Source: Laetmonice hystrix
Lineage: Eukaryota
Length of the DNA stretch: 64,000 nucleotides
Direction: 5' to 3'
Assembly (NCBI GenBank): GCA_965235115.1
Contig: OZ249447.1
Location: forward strand, 15,500,001-15,564,000
How positions within the stretch are numbered: position 1 is the first letter of the stretch; each line of letters begins with the position of its first letter. The notes beneath the pieces are model-generated. The model was not told where the DNA came from. It did no database searches and worked only from the letters and a program-made list of their open reading frames with translations. The translations under genes and the position numbers were made by a program. Of this stretch, positions 24,980-37,283 are shown piece after piece.

Positions 24980-26859
24980 AAAGAGTCGTATGACGGCTAA
25001 GAGTTACGGAAGGTGGAAGGGAGTCTATTGAACAGCATATTTCTCTCAGTTTAAAAGGGCACTTGCTTGTCGAACGGGAGACTTTTTCTATTCCGATCAG
25101 AATCCCTCCCTGTTCAATGGAGCGAGGCCGGAGGCCGACAACGAGCACTCGCTGCTAACATTGAGCGCCGGGTACTGTTAATGTAGCTGTTCTTCAAGAG
25201 ATGGCGCTACTGCCGGTGTCGTATGCCAATGTCGGGAAACCGGTGCAACTTTCCATGAAGTGTATTGTAGTGCACATGGTTCAGACATCTATCTCTAGAT
25301 AAAAGTGCAAAACAGTACGTCACCGGCGTGATGCTCCATTGAGCATTTTATTTTGTGGAAGTTTGTTCACAGATCATAATGGCTTACAAATACGTTATGC
25401 TGGTCAGGAGCAGAACGAAATAGAAGTAGCCTAGGTCTCGCGGTTTAACCACAATTCACGGGAAAGTCTTATGAAAGTGGGAGCATTTAACTCGGATCGG
25501 CCTTTATCCCAGCATCTGTCTATAATCAGGGTTTAATTAGGGGAATTAGGTACTATTCTTAGGCTATACTGCTTTTGTTTACAAAACAAACTGCCAAATC
25601 TGCCATCTCGTTATCGGCTGAGGATAGGACGGCCCAGGCGTTCCTTTGAATTAAATGACACCAATTGCTGTTCTTGTCTTCTTTGTGAAACCTAGTTAAG
25701 GACAGATTGCGCCATGAGGATTAATTGTGATATAATTCAGCGTGTCCATGTGGTCACTCTCAGACTGTCTGACACGACCGCCACATCAAACAAGTAGCGC
25801 CCCCTGCCGCTCGCTGTCCACACTAATACGCCACCTAGCGGCACCCCCTAACGACAGAGGTTGGACGTCTCGCTGAGATCTGAGATAGACGCGGCGGTCG
25901 GCCTGGTCCACCGCCCCCGCCACGCCCAGCGTCTCAAACACCCGATACCCCTGGTCAATAAAACAGGCATGTAAGGACGCGCAAATTCCATTTGATCTTT
26001 ACCGTCTGCAGCGTCTGAAGCGTTTGCTGACGACAGGAGTTTGAGACTCAATGTCGTGTGGTTGGTACTGCCCCGCACGTCCAATTATACGGACGCGGGG
26101 TCAGCGTCCAGTTAAACACCACAAAAAAGGCGACGATTTCTCCACGGAGAAGTGTGGTAGGCTGTCGGGAAGTCATTCCTGCAATAGAGAATAGACTCTA
26201 CATGTAATTTGATAACTTCTCCTGTTTGCAGCAAAGTTCCATCATGCTATCCTATATCAAATATCAATTTCAACGCTTTTCCTCAACAAAGCAGTCAGAC
26301 TGAAAAGTCAGACCATGACAACAAACTCATCAGTTAACATTGCTCTTTGCCATTTAAAAAAATAAATCTCGGCTAGTATCCCTTCCCTAATATTGACAAA
26401 GAGAGGTCTTTAATGAAATGACAATAGAGTTTTTAAATTGTGCTGTGTTTTCCATTGAAAAAATCGTGAACGTCTTGCCATTTCCCCTGTCGCTATTATA
26501 AGATTTTGAACACAAACATTTCACCACAAATAGCTCAGTGATTTATGTTTTTTTCATTAGCAGATTTGGACTGAGCTATAGGCAAAATAAACAGAGAAGA
26601 GTGGCAGCAGGCAATGATTATCAAGTAAAAATGACAGATAAAGTCGGTAAAGCTTCTTTAAACCTTGTCATACGTAGGTGCATGGAGTCGTGTGTTTAGA
26701 CACAAAGATCTTTGGTGAGCTCCCGACTGCTCTATTTACAGGAGACCGAGCAGTCGTGAATATGTAAACATTGTCCGCAAAATGCTTGCGGCGAACTGCC
26801 AGCTTAGCTTTATGGCATAATAACCTTGCTACATTATCTGATCACCGAGAACATGTGAC

Positions 26860-26960
26860 AAATGTTTGGCGATTCGACCGCTTTCGCCGGAGGGTGTTAA
26901 AACTGGCCGCCTCTCGCACCTGTCAATCACGGGCTCCGCGCCGTGACGTCACTAAAGAGG
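26860..26960 (+). promoter_or_regulatory. Candidate CpG-rich promoter with palindromic CRE
   Basis: GTGACGTCAC at 26943-26952 in CpG-dense DNA about 340 bp upstream of the ATGGAG|gtaggt exon end. Confidence 0.4.
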
Positions 26961-27287
26961 CGGTCCGTGCAGGGGTCATTCACGAATTTGAACTTCAAAG
27001 AACTCGGTTAGGGAGTTCCCTGTCTCAGATGCTCCCGAAAGAAAGTGTCATTTCGGGTGTGGCGCTGGTCTGGCGGACCGTTTCGGAGTACCATATGGAT
27101 ACGTAAGGATGTTTTACAGTTGTGTGGCGCATATCACGGATTAAGTCGGCGTACGTTTGGAGTACTTTGTGTGAGAAGTTGGCGAGGTAGAAGAGGCCTC
27201 GCGGGTAGACACGGCTTCTCCTCGGCTACCGGCGGCGGCGGCGGCCCGAGACCCAAGCACTGGGCCCGTCAACACAGGACCCAAATT

Positions 27288-27293
27288 ATGGAG
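27288..27293 (+). CDS. Candidate alternative first coding exon B of the PET-LIM gene (Met-Glu)
   Basis: ATG GAG|gtaggt at the end of a GGC-repeat, UTR-like segment; splicing to 31370 gives MESPLLANDEDRGKPC. Confidence 0.5.
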
Positions 27294-30200
27294 GTAGGTC
27301 GGCGCTCCCTGCATGGGCTGGCTAACTCCTGCTGCATAAGGCACCATCAACTTCATATACAAGTAACAATAAGAGTTTGTGGAAGTTTTAACTTTGGTGT
27401 TTATGGAGTTCCTCAGCACTCCCAGAGGCAAGGTGCCCGTCTAAAGGCACGCATGTTGTGGCCAGTGGAGCTATAAATAGACCGCGTGTCTCGTGTAAAC
27501 CACTGTGTGTAGTCTGGAGACGCCAGCCGCCCAGTTAAAGGCCCACTGTGGGCCGCGGACTGGTTGAAGCTTTTGAAGCGCCTTTTTCGCCCATTAACTA
27601 GTCAGGCAGGGGACACCCAGGTGAAGCGTCAGGTGCGAAGCGCCGGTGATTATTATGGTAAAGAAAAAGTTATTTATCACTTCCTAAAAGCCTAAAGTTG
27701 CGCTGTGGCATTACTATAGGATAGGCCATGATAGGGTACCTCATGTTTCTGATTGAAACCTTCTGATTCTGTCAGTCTGTGTGTGACTGTGACCACCACT
27801 GTTGGCCGAGTACTGGACCCAGGACATTGGCCTCCTGTGCTGACCTCACTTTATCAGTCTGACTACTTCCTGAGTAGGGCAGGACAGGTATTGAGACGGT
27901 CAGGCACTCTGCTGAATGTCTTCTTACACAACACCCCATTCATTCCAGTGCTCCTCTTCCTCACTTTGGCAGTGTTTGCCCTGCGGGTTCGAGCGGCCGA
28001 ATGAATAATGATGGTAGGCCTAACTCACCGCCCTTCTTCAGACCTCTGTGTACAGATTCCTTATCAGTTGTTTAACACTCCTATCCGTCAGACTAGGCCT
28101 ATAGTTGCTCAGAATGTGGGCCTACTTTTTTCAGATCTGTCTTCATGATTCTCCATACAATTATGAGGAATGCAGACCACTTTTTCTTGCTGGGGGGGGG
28201 GGGGGGCAGACCAAAGATGTCCATGATATGTCACCAAAGCTAAGACTCTCCGGAAGCCACTGTCCTTGTGACATTCGCTGCAGGGCGCGGACGTGACACG
28301 GGCACATCGTTCAGAAGGAATGGTTGTCCAGATTGATAATTGTGACACGTATTCACTCAGGAAATTTAAAGAATTTCAAGGTTAGTTTATGACCTACATT
28401 AAAACAAAGGATCCTTGTTACACGATGTAGAACTCTTTGAGAAATATAAAATAAAAATTTGCCTGGGTCAGACGTGTATATTGGATGATTATCCTACTCT
28501 TATACTGGTGTCAGCTGACTGGTGTATAACAAGACCTTTTGGTCAATAACTGATGAACAATAGGCCGTGTCAGTGGGGGTCATAGCTTACACCTACAGGT
28601 ATTTTAATGTGCTCCATCACTGCTGTTTAAGACGATATCTGGAAATAACTATTTTTGCGTATGTCAATTAAAACGGATATGTCCTTGTCTGAATGATAAT
28701 TTTCTCGTGTTTTTATCTCAAGATTTGAACCTAACCTTCCGGTCTTCATAAACTTAAAAGTTTGAATAAGATGGGGAATAAATTTAAAGAAGATAATGGG
28801 AAAATATCGCAGATACTTGCAACTGTTGTGAGTTTCAGAGCGTCACCTTCAGAAAGTGTTGCACTATTCTCAGTGAAATATCTCCAGGTATAAAGTGCAG
28901 TGCATGCTACATGGGGCAAGAGTGCTGGGTGTCGGGGTATCGTCTCCTGTATGGAGACCTTCTGTCCCAGAGGTCATGTCCACACACACCCCTCCTCCCC
29001 GCTATCCCCGCCCCACCGGCCGGCCTCCCAGCGTACAAACACCACGACTACCGTTGTAGCAGTAGAGAGTTGGTAGATCGTGCAGCCCAAGGCAGGACCG
29101 CCTCGGCCTGCCCTGAGGCCACAACCCGACCCTCTACACCCGATCCTACCTACAGCTGCTTATCCGCTACAGTCTCCGATTTTATTGTTATTATTAGATA
29201 GGCTGAGCATGCCCGCTTTGATCTGTGTGTGTGGCGTGAGGCTTAGGCAACCGGGAGGATATATTTACTCATGACATAGGTTGATAAATATAGCATGTGC
29301 TACTAACAGACATTTACATGCATTCATGTTTTCGAACCCATTTCTTAAAACATTGTAATTATCTGATAAATAGTCCTATCTCGTAAATTCAAGCATCATG
29401 TATTTTGTGTGTGTGTGGAGGGAGCTCTATTGATCTATACGATATGGTTTGTGTTTTGTCGAGTATACTGACTGTTAGTCAGCAAAAACCGAACTCTGCA
29501 GTCAATGCCAGTCATACAGAGCAGTCATATGGAGCAGTCATACAGAGCAGGGTCCTCTGTATTATCTGGCCAAATGGGCAGTCGCTGACCCTAGAGTCGT
29601 GGACTAACGGGCAACCAGTGACCCCAGACCCGGTCCTTTTCCCGTCCCAGCGTTCTGCTGTTTACACTTGACCTAGAGACTTTTTGTGGGAGTCAGTTTG
29701 TGGCTGCTAAAGATAATGACACTTTATAGCCTCCTGGTATGTGTGTCATCCCGACTGAATGTCGCTCCCATGTGTTTAACATTCAACGTATTTCCAGGCC
29801 ATGCTACACATGTAAAGGAATTCTCTACTTCCCAGGTCATAAATGGTGGGTCTTGACCTCTCAAATAGGATCTGGAATTCTGATTAATAATCAAGTAGAA
29901 AAAACTAATTTTATACAGCATTCATCCTGTAGAAAATTGTTTGTAACAAACCAAATGATTATGTTTGTGATGTTGGTAATTAACAAGAACATACTGGCGC
30001 TAAAGAATAGAGCACGACAGACAAGGCAGTTTACGTCGTGTGGGTAGTCATTCGGCACATCCTGGTGGGAGGGCTTTGGGTGAATGCACTCTCTGGTCTC
30101 TTAAAGTCAAACTTAATCAGCAGGATTTTTGGCGAGCCTTCTCAGCACCTGTTTTTGAATTGATCTGAGAGAGAGACAGCCAGTCTCTCCTCTCAGAGGA

Positions 30201-30532
30201 CTGCCTGGATATCAGATGGTGCAGGAGAGTTTGAGGACAGGTGGCTGGGAATGTCTGTGTCACGTATGACGTCAGGATGGCCCCCATGGACAGGGTGTCA
30301 GTGACTGAGCCTTATCATCTTACCAATCCGTATTTACGGAAATACCTGCTCGAGTGAAATTCTATAATCGTATATAATTTGAAGAATTATGAGTACCCGG
30401 TAGTGTGAGTAGACAAGCTCCCGTTTTTACGTAGGTAAAGGTGAAATGTTTTGCGAGTTATTCATATCTCAGTTTAGTAAGTTACTGATAACACACGGCT
30501 GCGAGCTGCCTTTCATTCATTTATTATTAAGG

Positions 30533-30643
30533 ATGGCGGAGGGGGGAACACCCCTCTTGAGGGAACCCCCCCTGCTGGTTGGACAGACAGTAGGGTTGGA
30601 CCCCCTGCTGACGGGATACAAGCAGGCCTATCAGTGGTATGCG
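30533..30643 (+). CDS. Candidate alternative first coding exon C of the PET-LIM gene (37 aa)
   Basis: aggATGGCG start context, MAEGGTPLLREPPLLVGQTVGLDPLLTGYKQAYQWYA, GCG|gtgagc donor, phase 0. Confidence 0.35.
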
Positions 30644-31369
30644 GTGAGCAGTCTTGGATCACTTCGCCAGCTGTTTTAGGGGTCTCATGCTGGCAGATCT
30701 AAAAACCATTGCCTCTCTCCGTCATGAATCATGTCAGGTCTCACAGTGATGAATGCAGGTTTAATTGTCCAAAGGGACTCGGAGCTGGTAACAGAGAACT
30801 AACCCGCTCTCGGAGTGTGTGGAGTTGACCATCAGCGGTCATACAGCCGGGATCCAGACGTCTGGTTCACGGCAGACAAAGGGGAGGTCACGTGGGTGGA
30901 TGGAGGGAATCTCAGCCAATCTGTACCCTCGGTCACAGAACTGGGTCACACGGTGACCAATCAGATGAGAGTCCAATAAGGTCATTCTTGATGTCCGGAT
31001 GTAAAAGGTCTTTGACCACACTGGCACATCGTATGGTGGAAAACCATGTATCGTTTTTCTTAGATATCTATGAAAACTAATCAGCCCTATTTCCTTTCAA
31101 GCAGCATGCTCGATGTGCCAGACAGGTATATGCGTATGTTTATTCGATAAGGCAGCTGAGCTGTTGGGGATTGATGATGTTGAGAGAAAGGTCATTGGTT
31201 TTGGTGGCAGACTGGGGTCACATTGAGTTTCTTCAGGGCCACACTTCTGTGGACTGATTAGTTTTTTATTTAAGATAAAAATGGTTGGTAAGACCAAGTT
31301 TCTCCACCGGCGTTATTAGCAATGATTTATATCAGATTTGATTTATTTTTAAAATTTTGTTTATTGCAG

Positions 31370-31458
31370 AGCCCTCTACTGGCCAACGATGAAGACCGAG
31401 GGAAGCCATGCCTACGGTGTGGCGACCAGTGCCCGGGCTTCGCAGCACACAACTGGAG
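31370..31458 (+). CDS. PET-LIM family (Prickle3/Testin/Limpet-type) N-terminal Cys-rich exon
   Basis: ttttgtttattgcag|AGC..TGGAG|gtgagg; SPLLANDEDRGKPCLRCGDQCPGFAAHNWR matches the CxxC-x3-CxGF-x2-H-x-WR(K) motif that precedes the PET domain in Prickle3 and Testin (recalled from memory, not searched). Confidence 0.88.
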
Positions 31459-31555
31459 GTGAGGTTCATGGACCAAAAACTGCTTTTCCTCTTTTCTCAT
31501 CCGTATTGAAGGAGTACTGGTTCGTAATTTTGCTGTCGGTGGGATGGGTCTTTTC

Positions 31556-31655
31556 TGATGAGGTCCTGTTGTCAGATGAGGTCCTGTTGTCTGATGAGGT
31601 ACTGTTTTATGATGAGGTACTGTTGTATGATGAGGTACTGTTGTATGATGAGGTA
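31556..31655. repeat. 18-bp minisatellite, about 5.5 copies
   Basis: TGATGAGGT(C/A)CTGTTGT(C/A) units just inside the intron. Confidence 0.9.
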
Positions 31656-33583
31656 AGGCTGTTGCTGTCCACTTCCTCCCCAGCGAAGATCCGTGAAGAA
31701 TGTTGTGTGTTTGTTGTCCTCCCCTACCACAGTCAGGTGTCTGGTTGCAGTGACACCGACCCCCAAGGTGGATATTTTATACCTGGACGTCAGGGATGTG
31801 CATACAAAGACCGCCAACGGAGGGCGAATAATTGTGATTCACACCCTTCTTGTAAGGATCTGTAAGCCCCCAGGAATCATCAAACAGATGGCATTATATT
31901 AATTAGAGCTTGGGTTGTGATTGAAATGAGGTTCTTCAAAGTGTGGGTCAAAGGTAGGACAGAGAACTATGGATGGTGAGATATGGTGTTTGCCGAGCCC
32001 TCGGTATGTGGGGCGATGGCGTCTCTGTCAGTGGGGGCCCGTGAGGGGGCCGGGGGGGGGGGCAGGGGGCTGTCAGGGGGCACTGGTTTCTGTGTCAAGG
32101 TCTCCGCATCAACTGACTACAGTAGAGATCTTCACTCCTCCGTAATCTTATGTCTGCCGGGTCAGTCGGTTTGTTTAACAAATGTTGGTTGGACCCAGGC
32201 TCAGGGCTTACCGCCTGAATCCTGTGAGAATTTAAAGAGCTGATATTTCAGTGAAAAGTCATATTTTGATTCATTAGTAGTTTTAACTTATTTCCTGCCA
32301 TTTCTTTGCTGATCGCCTTGTAACTGGACACATTCTAGCTGCCAGCAAGGCAATATTCATACTCAGTGGAGATATCTCAAACTTAGTTCAACAATCATTC
32401 TGTTGGAAAAAGCTTTTTCCGTCGACTTGCCCTAATTCCCGCCTGGCTTACAGCGTCTAAGGAAACGTGTGTTCGTGTCAGGGCCATATGAACGAATGCC
32501 CTTTAGCACTGAGAAGAAGCCCTGGGAGACAAGTTGATGGCTAGTCCCCTCTCTTTCTTCCCCGGAAGAAGAACTCTTGACACTCTTTCTTTCCGAGTTC
32601 GTTCTACACTAAGGTAGTTCATAGATATTCAACAATACGGTACGATTATTTCCAAGAAAATCTTGGTTTCCCTCGACATCGCTTTGATTGTGAAGGACCC
32701 TCTTTGTCAGGAGGTCACCAACAATAAATTTGTGAGAAAGCAGGTCAATGCTGGGAGGGATCTTTTCAAGACTTCAGTCAGTGGGGTCAGTCATACACAC
32801 TTATTATACAGTAGGACTCGAATCTCCGAGTGGGCTAATGCTGTAGGCCGAGTACTTCATCTTTCGTATACATTATGTACACGTACTTTATATTTGAGCA
32901 AATATAAGAAGATTAAACATTGTCAGTGAAGCTGGCAAACCTGGCATACCTGGCTCTAAAACCTTTGAAGTCTGTTTGCGATTGTGTGAAAATCGCCTGA
33001 ACATACTGTACATATAGTGCAGTCTGTGTTGAAGAATTCCGTGACTGGCCAGGGGGACACTTGGTCAGCTACAGTCACCTTTGAACGTCACTGACCCAGA
33101 TAAGGAGTCATCAATCAAGTTGAGTAAGGAAATTAGGTTCAAGTTAATTATTGCGCATGTGTTAGAGTTGGGCGCCATTTCTTACCAGGCTTTGTTTTCC
33201 AAGTTATATTAAATGGGAAGATGATTAGAAACAGGGTGTGACAGAACACCTCACTTTTTATTATTACCCCCTGCCCCTATGAACCCCAGCCCCGTGGTCA
33301 TCCCTAACAGAGATCTTTACCATACCTGACTGACCCGGACGTGGAAGTCATGTGGTTTCTTGATCCCGGAGGGGGTATCGTCACGCCCCGGAATACAACA
33401 CCTGTGGTAGGTATAACAACTTACAGCATCGCCTGCAGCAGAGACAGGCAGTGCACGGACCCCCTGCAGCGAGACCCACCCCAGGGTTCGCTAGCTGAAG
33501 TCAACCTGTACCTGGCCCAGTGTGTTTGCTAGCCAGGGGAGAATATAGAAACAATGTCCTGAAAACTTACCACCTGCCCGCCA

Positions 33584-34313
33584 CACCTTCACCCGGACAG
33601 GTGAGAACTTCCACAGCTCACCTTCACCTGGACAGGTGAGAACTTCCACAGCTCACCTTCACCTGGACAGGTGAGAACTTAAACAGCTCACCTTCACCTG
33701 GACAGGTGAGAACTTACACAGCTCACCTTCACCTGGACAGGTGAGAACTTACACAGCTCACCTTCACCTGGACAGGTGAGAACTTACACAGCTCACCCTC
33801 GCCTGGACAGGTGAGAACTTACACAGCTCACCCTCACCTGGACAGGTGAGAACTTACACAGCTCACCTTCATCTGGACAGGTGAAAACTTACACAGCTCA
33901 CCTTCACCTGGACAGGTGAGAACTTACACAGCTCACCTTCACCTGGACAGGTGAAAACTTACACAGCTCACCTTCACCTGGACAGGTGAGAACTTACACA
34001 GCTCACCTTCACCTGGACAGGTGAGAACTTACACAGCTCACCTTCACCTGGACAGGGGAGAACTTACACAGCTCACCTTCACCTGGACAGGTAAGAACTT
34101 CCACAGCTCACCTTCACCTGGACAGGTGAGAAATTACACAGCTCACCTTTAGCTGGACAGGTGAGAACTTACATAGCTCACCTTCACCTGGACAGGTGAG
34201 AACTTGCACAGCTCACCTTCACCTGGACAGGTGAGAACTTACACAGCTCACCTTTACCTGGACAGGTGAGAACTTACACAGCTCACCTTCACATGGACAG
34301 GAGAGAACTTACA
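33584..34313. repeat. 35-bp minisatellite, about 21 copies
   Basis: Unit CACCTGGACAGGTGAGAACTTACACAGCTCACCTT; contiguous, no spacers. Confidence 0.98.
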
Positions 34314-36768
34314 GTACACAGCTCTGCTCAGTGGGACCCAGCCTGGAGCATCCCAGACCTGTCACAGCTGACTGACCTTCAGCTATAGATGGTAAAGGGT
34401 CACCAAGCTCCGTATTCAAATGTAGTGGCTACTGTCAGCATACTGACCAGGCCATGCATTCTCTGTGTCGTTGGTCAGTCTGAGATTGAATACCAATCAG
34501 GTCTCGGAGGGAGTGCTCAGACATGTAGATTGTAGATGAGCATTGCTTGAATAATAACTAGAAAAAAACATCATTTTTTATTGGTTTTATTCCGGAATGG
34601 CTGGAGCTTTGAAGTTGAAAATGTCAAACCTGTTTCGATATGTCATGCACACTTGAGTGAAATCTTCGTAGATCTGTAGTTCATGGTTTCAGGCGAAAGG
34701 TTGCTGTGAGTGTGTCGGAGCCAAGACTAAATGTATGCTTCTCTCCGATCCAGGCATAAAGTTTGAGAAATATCCCAAAGTGAATTTCAGTGTGGTCCCT
34801 GAGAACATGGAACTTGCGGAATCGAAAGTGGAAACCCATAAATTTCGGACTTGTCTGGGTTTGTCATGATGGAGGTGGGTTTACATATGTGTGAGCAGAG
34901 TGTCAGTTACAGGTGATATAAAACAGAAACCCCTCCTGACCCGTCCCAGGTGTGCCTTACAGGGGATCTGTCTGCTGCCATGATTACAACCACCCCAGCC
35001 GGTCACTGTAACACGCCCGTAAATGAACTCCATATTCCTGCCCAACTCCTGAGTTTACAATCTGCTGGCCGCACTCCTGAAGGCGTTTCACGTCGGGTTC
35101 ACTCGGCCGACAACCGACCTGACACAGCCGTAAGCGATGGTAACAAAAAAAATCAAGATTCATCGACGCCAGAGATCGGTGGAGGCATGCATGTCAAAAT
35201 GATGATGAATACTTTGAGAATGTGACGCCGTTGGTTTGTATGACCTTTGACGGACCAGTGATCGTCTTAGTAGGAACTATGATGATTGTTTGGGTGAGTA
35301 TTCGCTACGCCGTGACCCGGCCCAGCTGGAGGAGGGAACCAGCGGCCGGGTACGCAGTCTCTAGGGTCGGGGGTATGGGCTTCCTTGAGAAACAGAACCG
35401 GAGTTCAGAGGGAGCGTCTCGAGGATAGATCTACGTCTCTTTCTGGTCTGAATTTAATCACATGGAGCGGTTTCTGTCCTGGCACAGCAGGCACGGACGG
35501 CTGGTCATTTGATTGTTCTCCACAGATGTCACGTGACCGACTGACCCGCCACCTGGTGGGCTGACCCTGGACCTTAGGGTCAGGTCTGGGCCAGGTCGGA
35601 GGGGGAGGAGGGAGGAGGAGCAGGAGGATGTGAACTGATGGTGACACTCCCTGTCTGCAGGATCCAGAGACCTCAGCCGTTCTCAGTATTGAGGAGGGAG
35701 ATGTAGTGTGTAAAAGTTCAGGTGTAAGATATAGATAATGGTTCGGACTGCTACAACACATATCGTCAACATCTGTCCAGGGCGTATTTTCAATAATGAT
35801 ACAATCCTTTACATACACAACACAGTGTTGATACATCAACCAAATCACCTTCAGCTGCGCCCACCAACACATGGCCACGGCACGGACACACGCCCCTCGG
35901 GCGGGGTGGGAAGGGGCTGGGGGTTGAGGGGTGCGACCGGGCGGCGTTTACACAGGAGAGGGCATGTTTGGTGTGGAGGGCGTCCCTCAACACGTGGAGA
36001 GACGTACGTCCCCGACCCTGGCGGCCCGACTCCAGGCCAGCCACGTGCCTGCCTGCTCCTGCTTACTTCCTCCAGGCCATTCTCCAGCCTCAGACGGACG
36101 GTGGCATTCCTCCTGTAGCCCGATACGACAGAAGGCTACAGGAGAAGGACATGAGGCTGATCCTACTGGAGGATTGACTGCTCCAGGTTGAAGGGATGCC
36201 TGGTGGCACCTGCCTTACCATGCCGGCCATGTGACACCCTCAAGGGGTTACCCCACCCTGTCCAGTTTACCCCCAACCCGCCATGATCAGCCCCACCCTC
36301 CCAGGATCACCCCACACTACCAGATCTCCTGTCAGCCCATCCTTGCTCTGTCTCCCGCTCTATCCCCTCTCCCTTTCATCACATTCATCACATTTTGAGC
36401 GCGTGCGGACATCACAAACCACTGGGAAACGAAAGTTCCATCTGGCCTGGTTTGAAGATTCCGAGCACTCTTCGCCCTAGGAAAATAAAACATAGATTCG
36501 GACCAGATGCACGGATAGAAAGACCAGATGGATAAAATTGATGTTTGGTGGCAGTAAACCAGCTGGTGGCGTGAAGTCCTCCGAAGTAAGTGCCATCACC
36601 CCTGGCCAGCCGGAACATGCCCTCTCCGTCGTCCCGGGAGGGGAGGGGGCGCTCGGGGCAGTGCAGGAAGGTACCGGCGGTAAAAAGTCTATGTATAGTC
36701 ATGTTTTGAAAAAGCTGTGGTGTTGTAGTACTTGTTACCGCTCAAATAAGACAAGATCTGATGGACTA

Positions 36769-37283
36769 GGATCTTCCGGTGCTTTGGCCGAGTACGGGGC
36801 TGAGATCTTCCGGTGTTTTGACCCAGTACGGGTCTGAGATCATCCGGTGTTTTGGCCCAGTACGGTGCTGAGATCTTCCGGTGTTTTAGCTCAGTACGGG
36901 GCTGAGATCTTCCGGTGTTATGGCCCAGTACCGGGCTGAGATCTTCCGGTGTTTTGGCGGAGTACAGGGCTGAGATCTTCCTGTGTTTTGGCCGAGTACG
37001 GGGCTGAGATCTTCCGGTGTTTTGGCCCAGGCAGGGCTGAGATCTTCCGGTGTTTTGGTCCAGCACGAGGCTGGGATCTTACTGTGTTTTGACCGAGTAC
37101 AGGGCTGAGATCTTCCGGTATTTTGGCCCAGTACGGGGCTGAGATCTTCCGTTGTTTTGGCCCAGCACGAGGCTGAGATCTTCCGGTGTTTTGGCCGAGT
37201 ACGGGGCTGAGATCTTCCGGTGTTTTGGCCCAGGACGGGGCTGAGATCTTCCGGTGTTTTTGGTCCAGCACGAGGCTGAGATC
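36769..37283. repeat. 34-bp minisatellite, about 15 copies
   Basis: Unit GCTGAGATCTTCCGGTGTTTTGGCCCAGTACGGG. Confidence 0.97.

Noticed and set aside
33584-34313. CRISPR-like 35-bp repeat with internal palindrome (also the 34-, 36- and 31-bp arrays)
   Set aside because: Units are contiguous with no unique spacers, there are no cas genes, and the context is eukaryotic.
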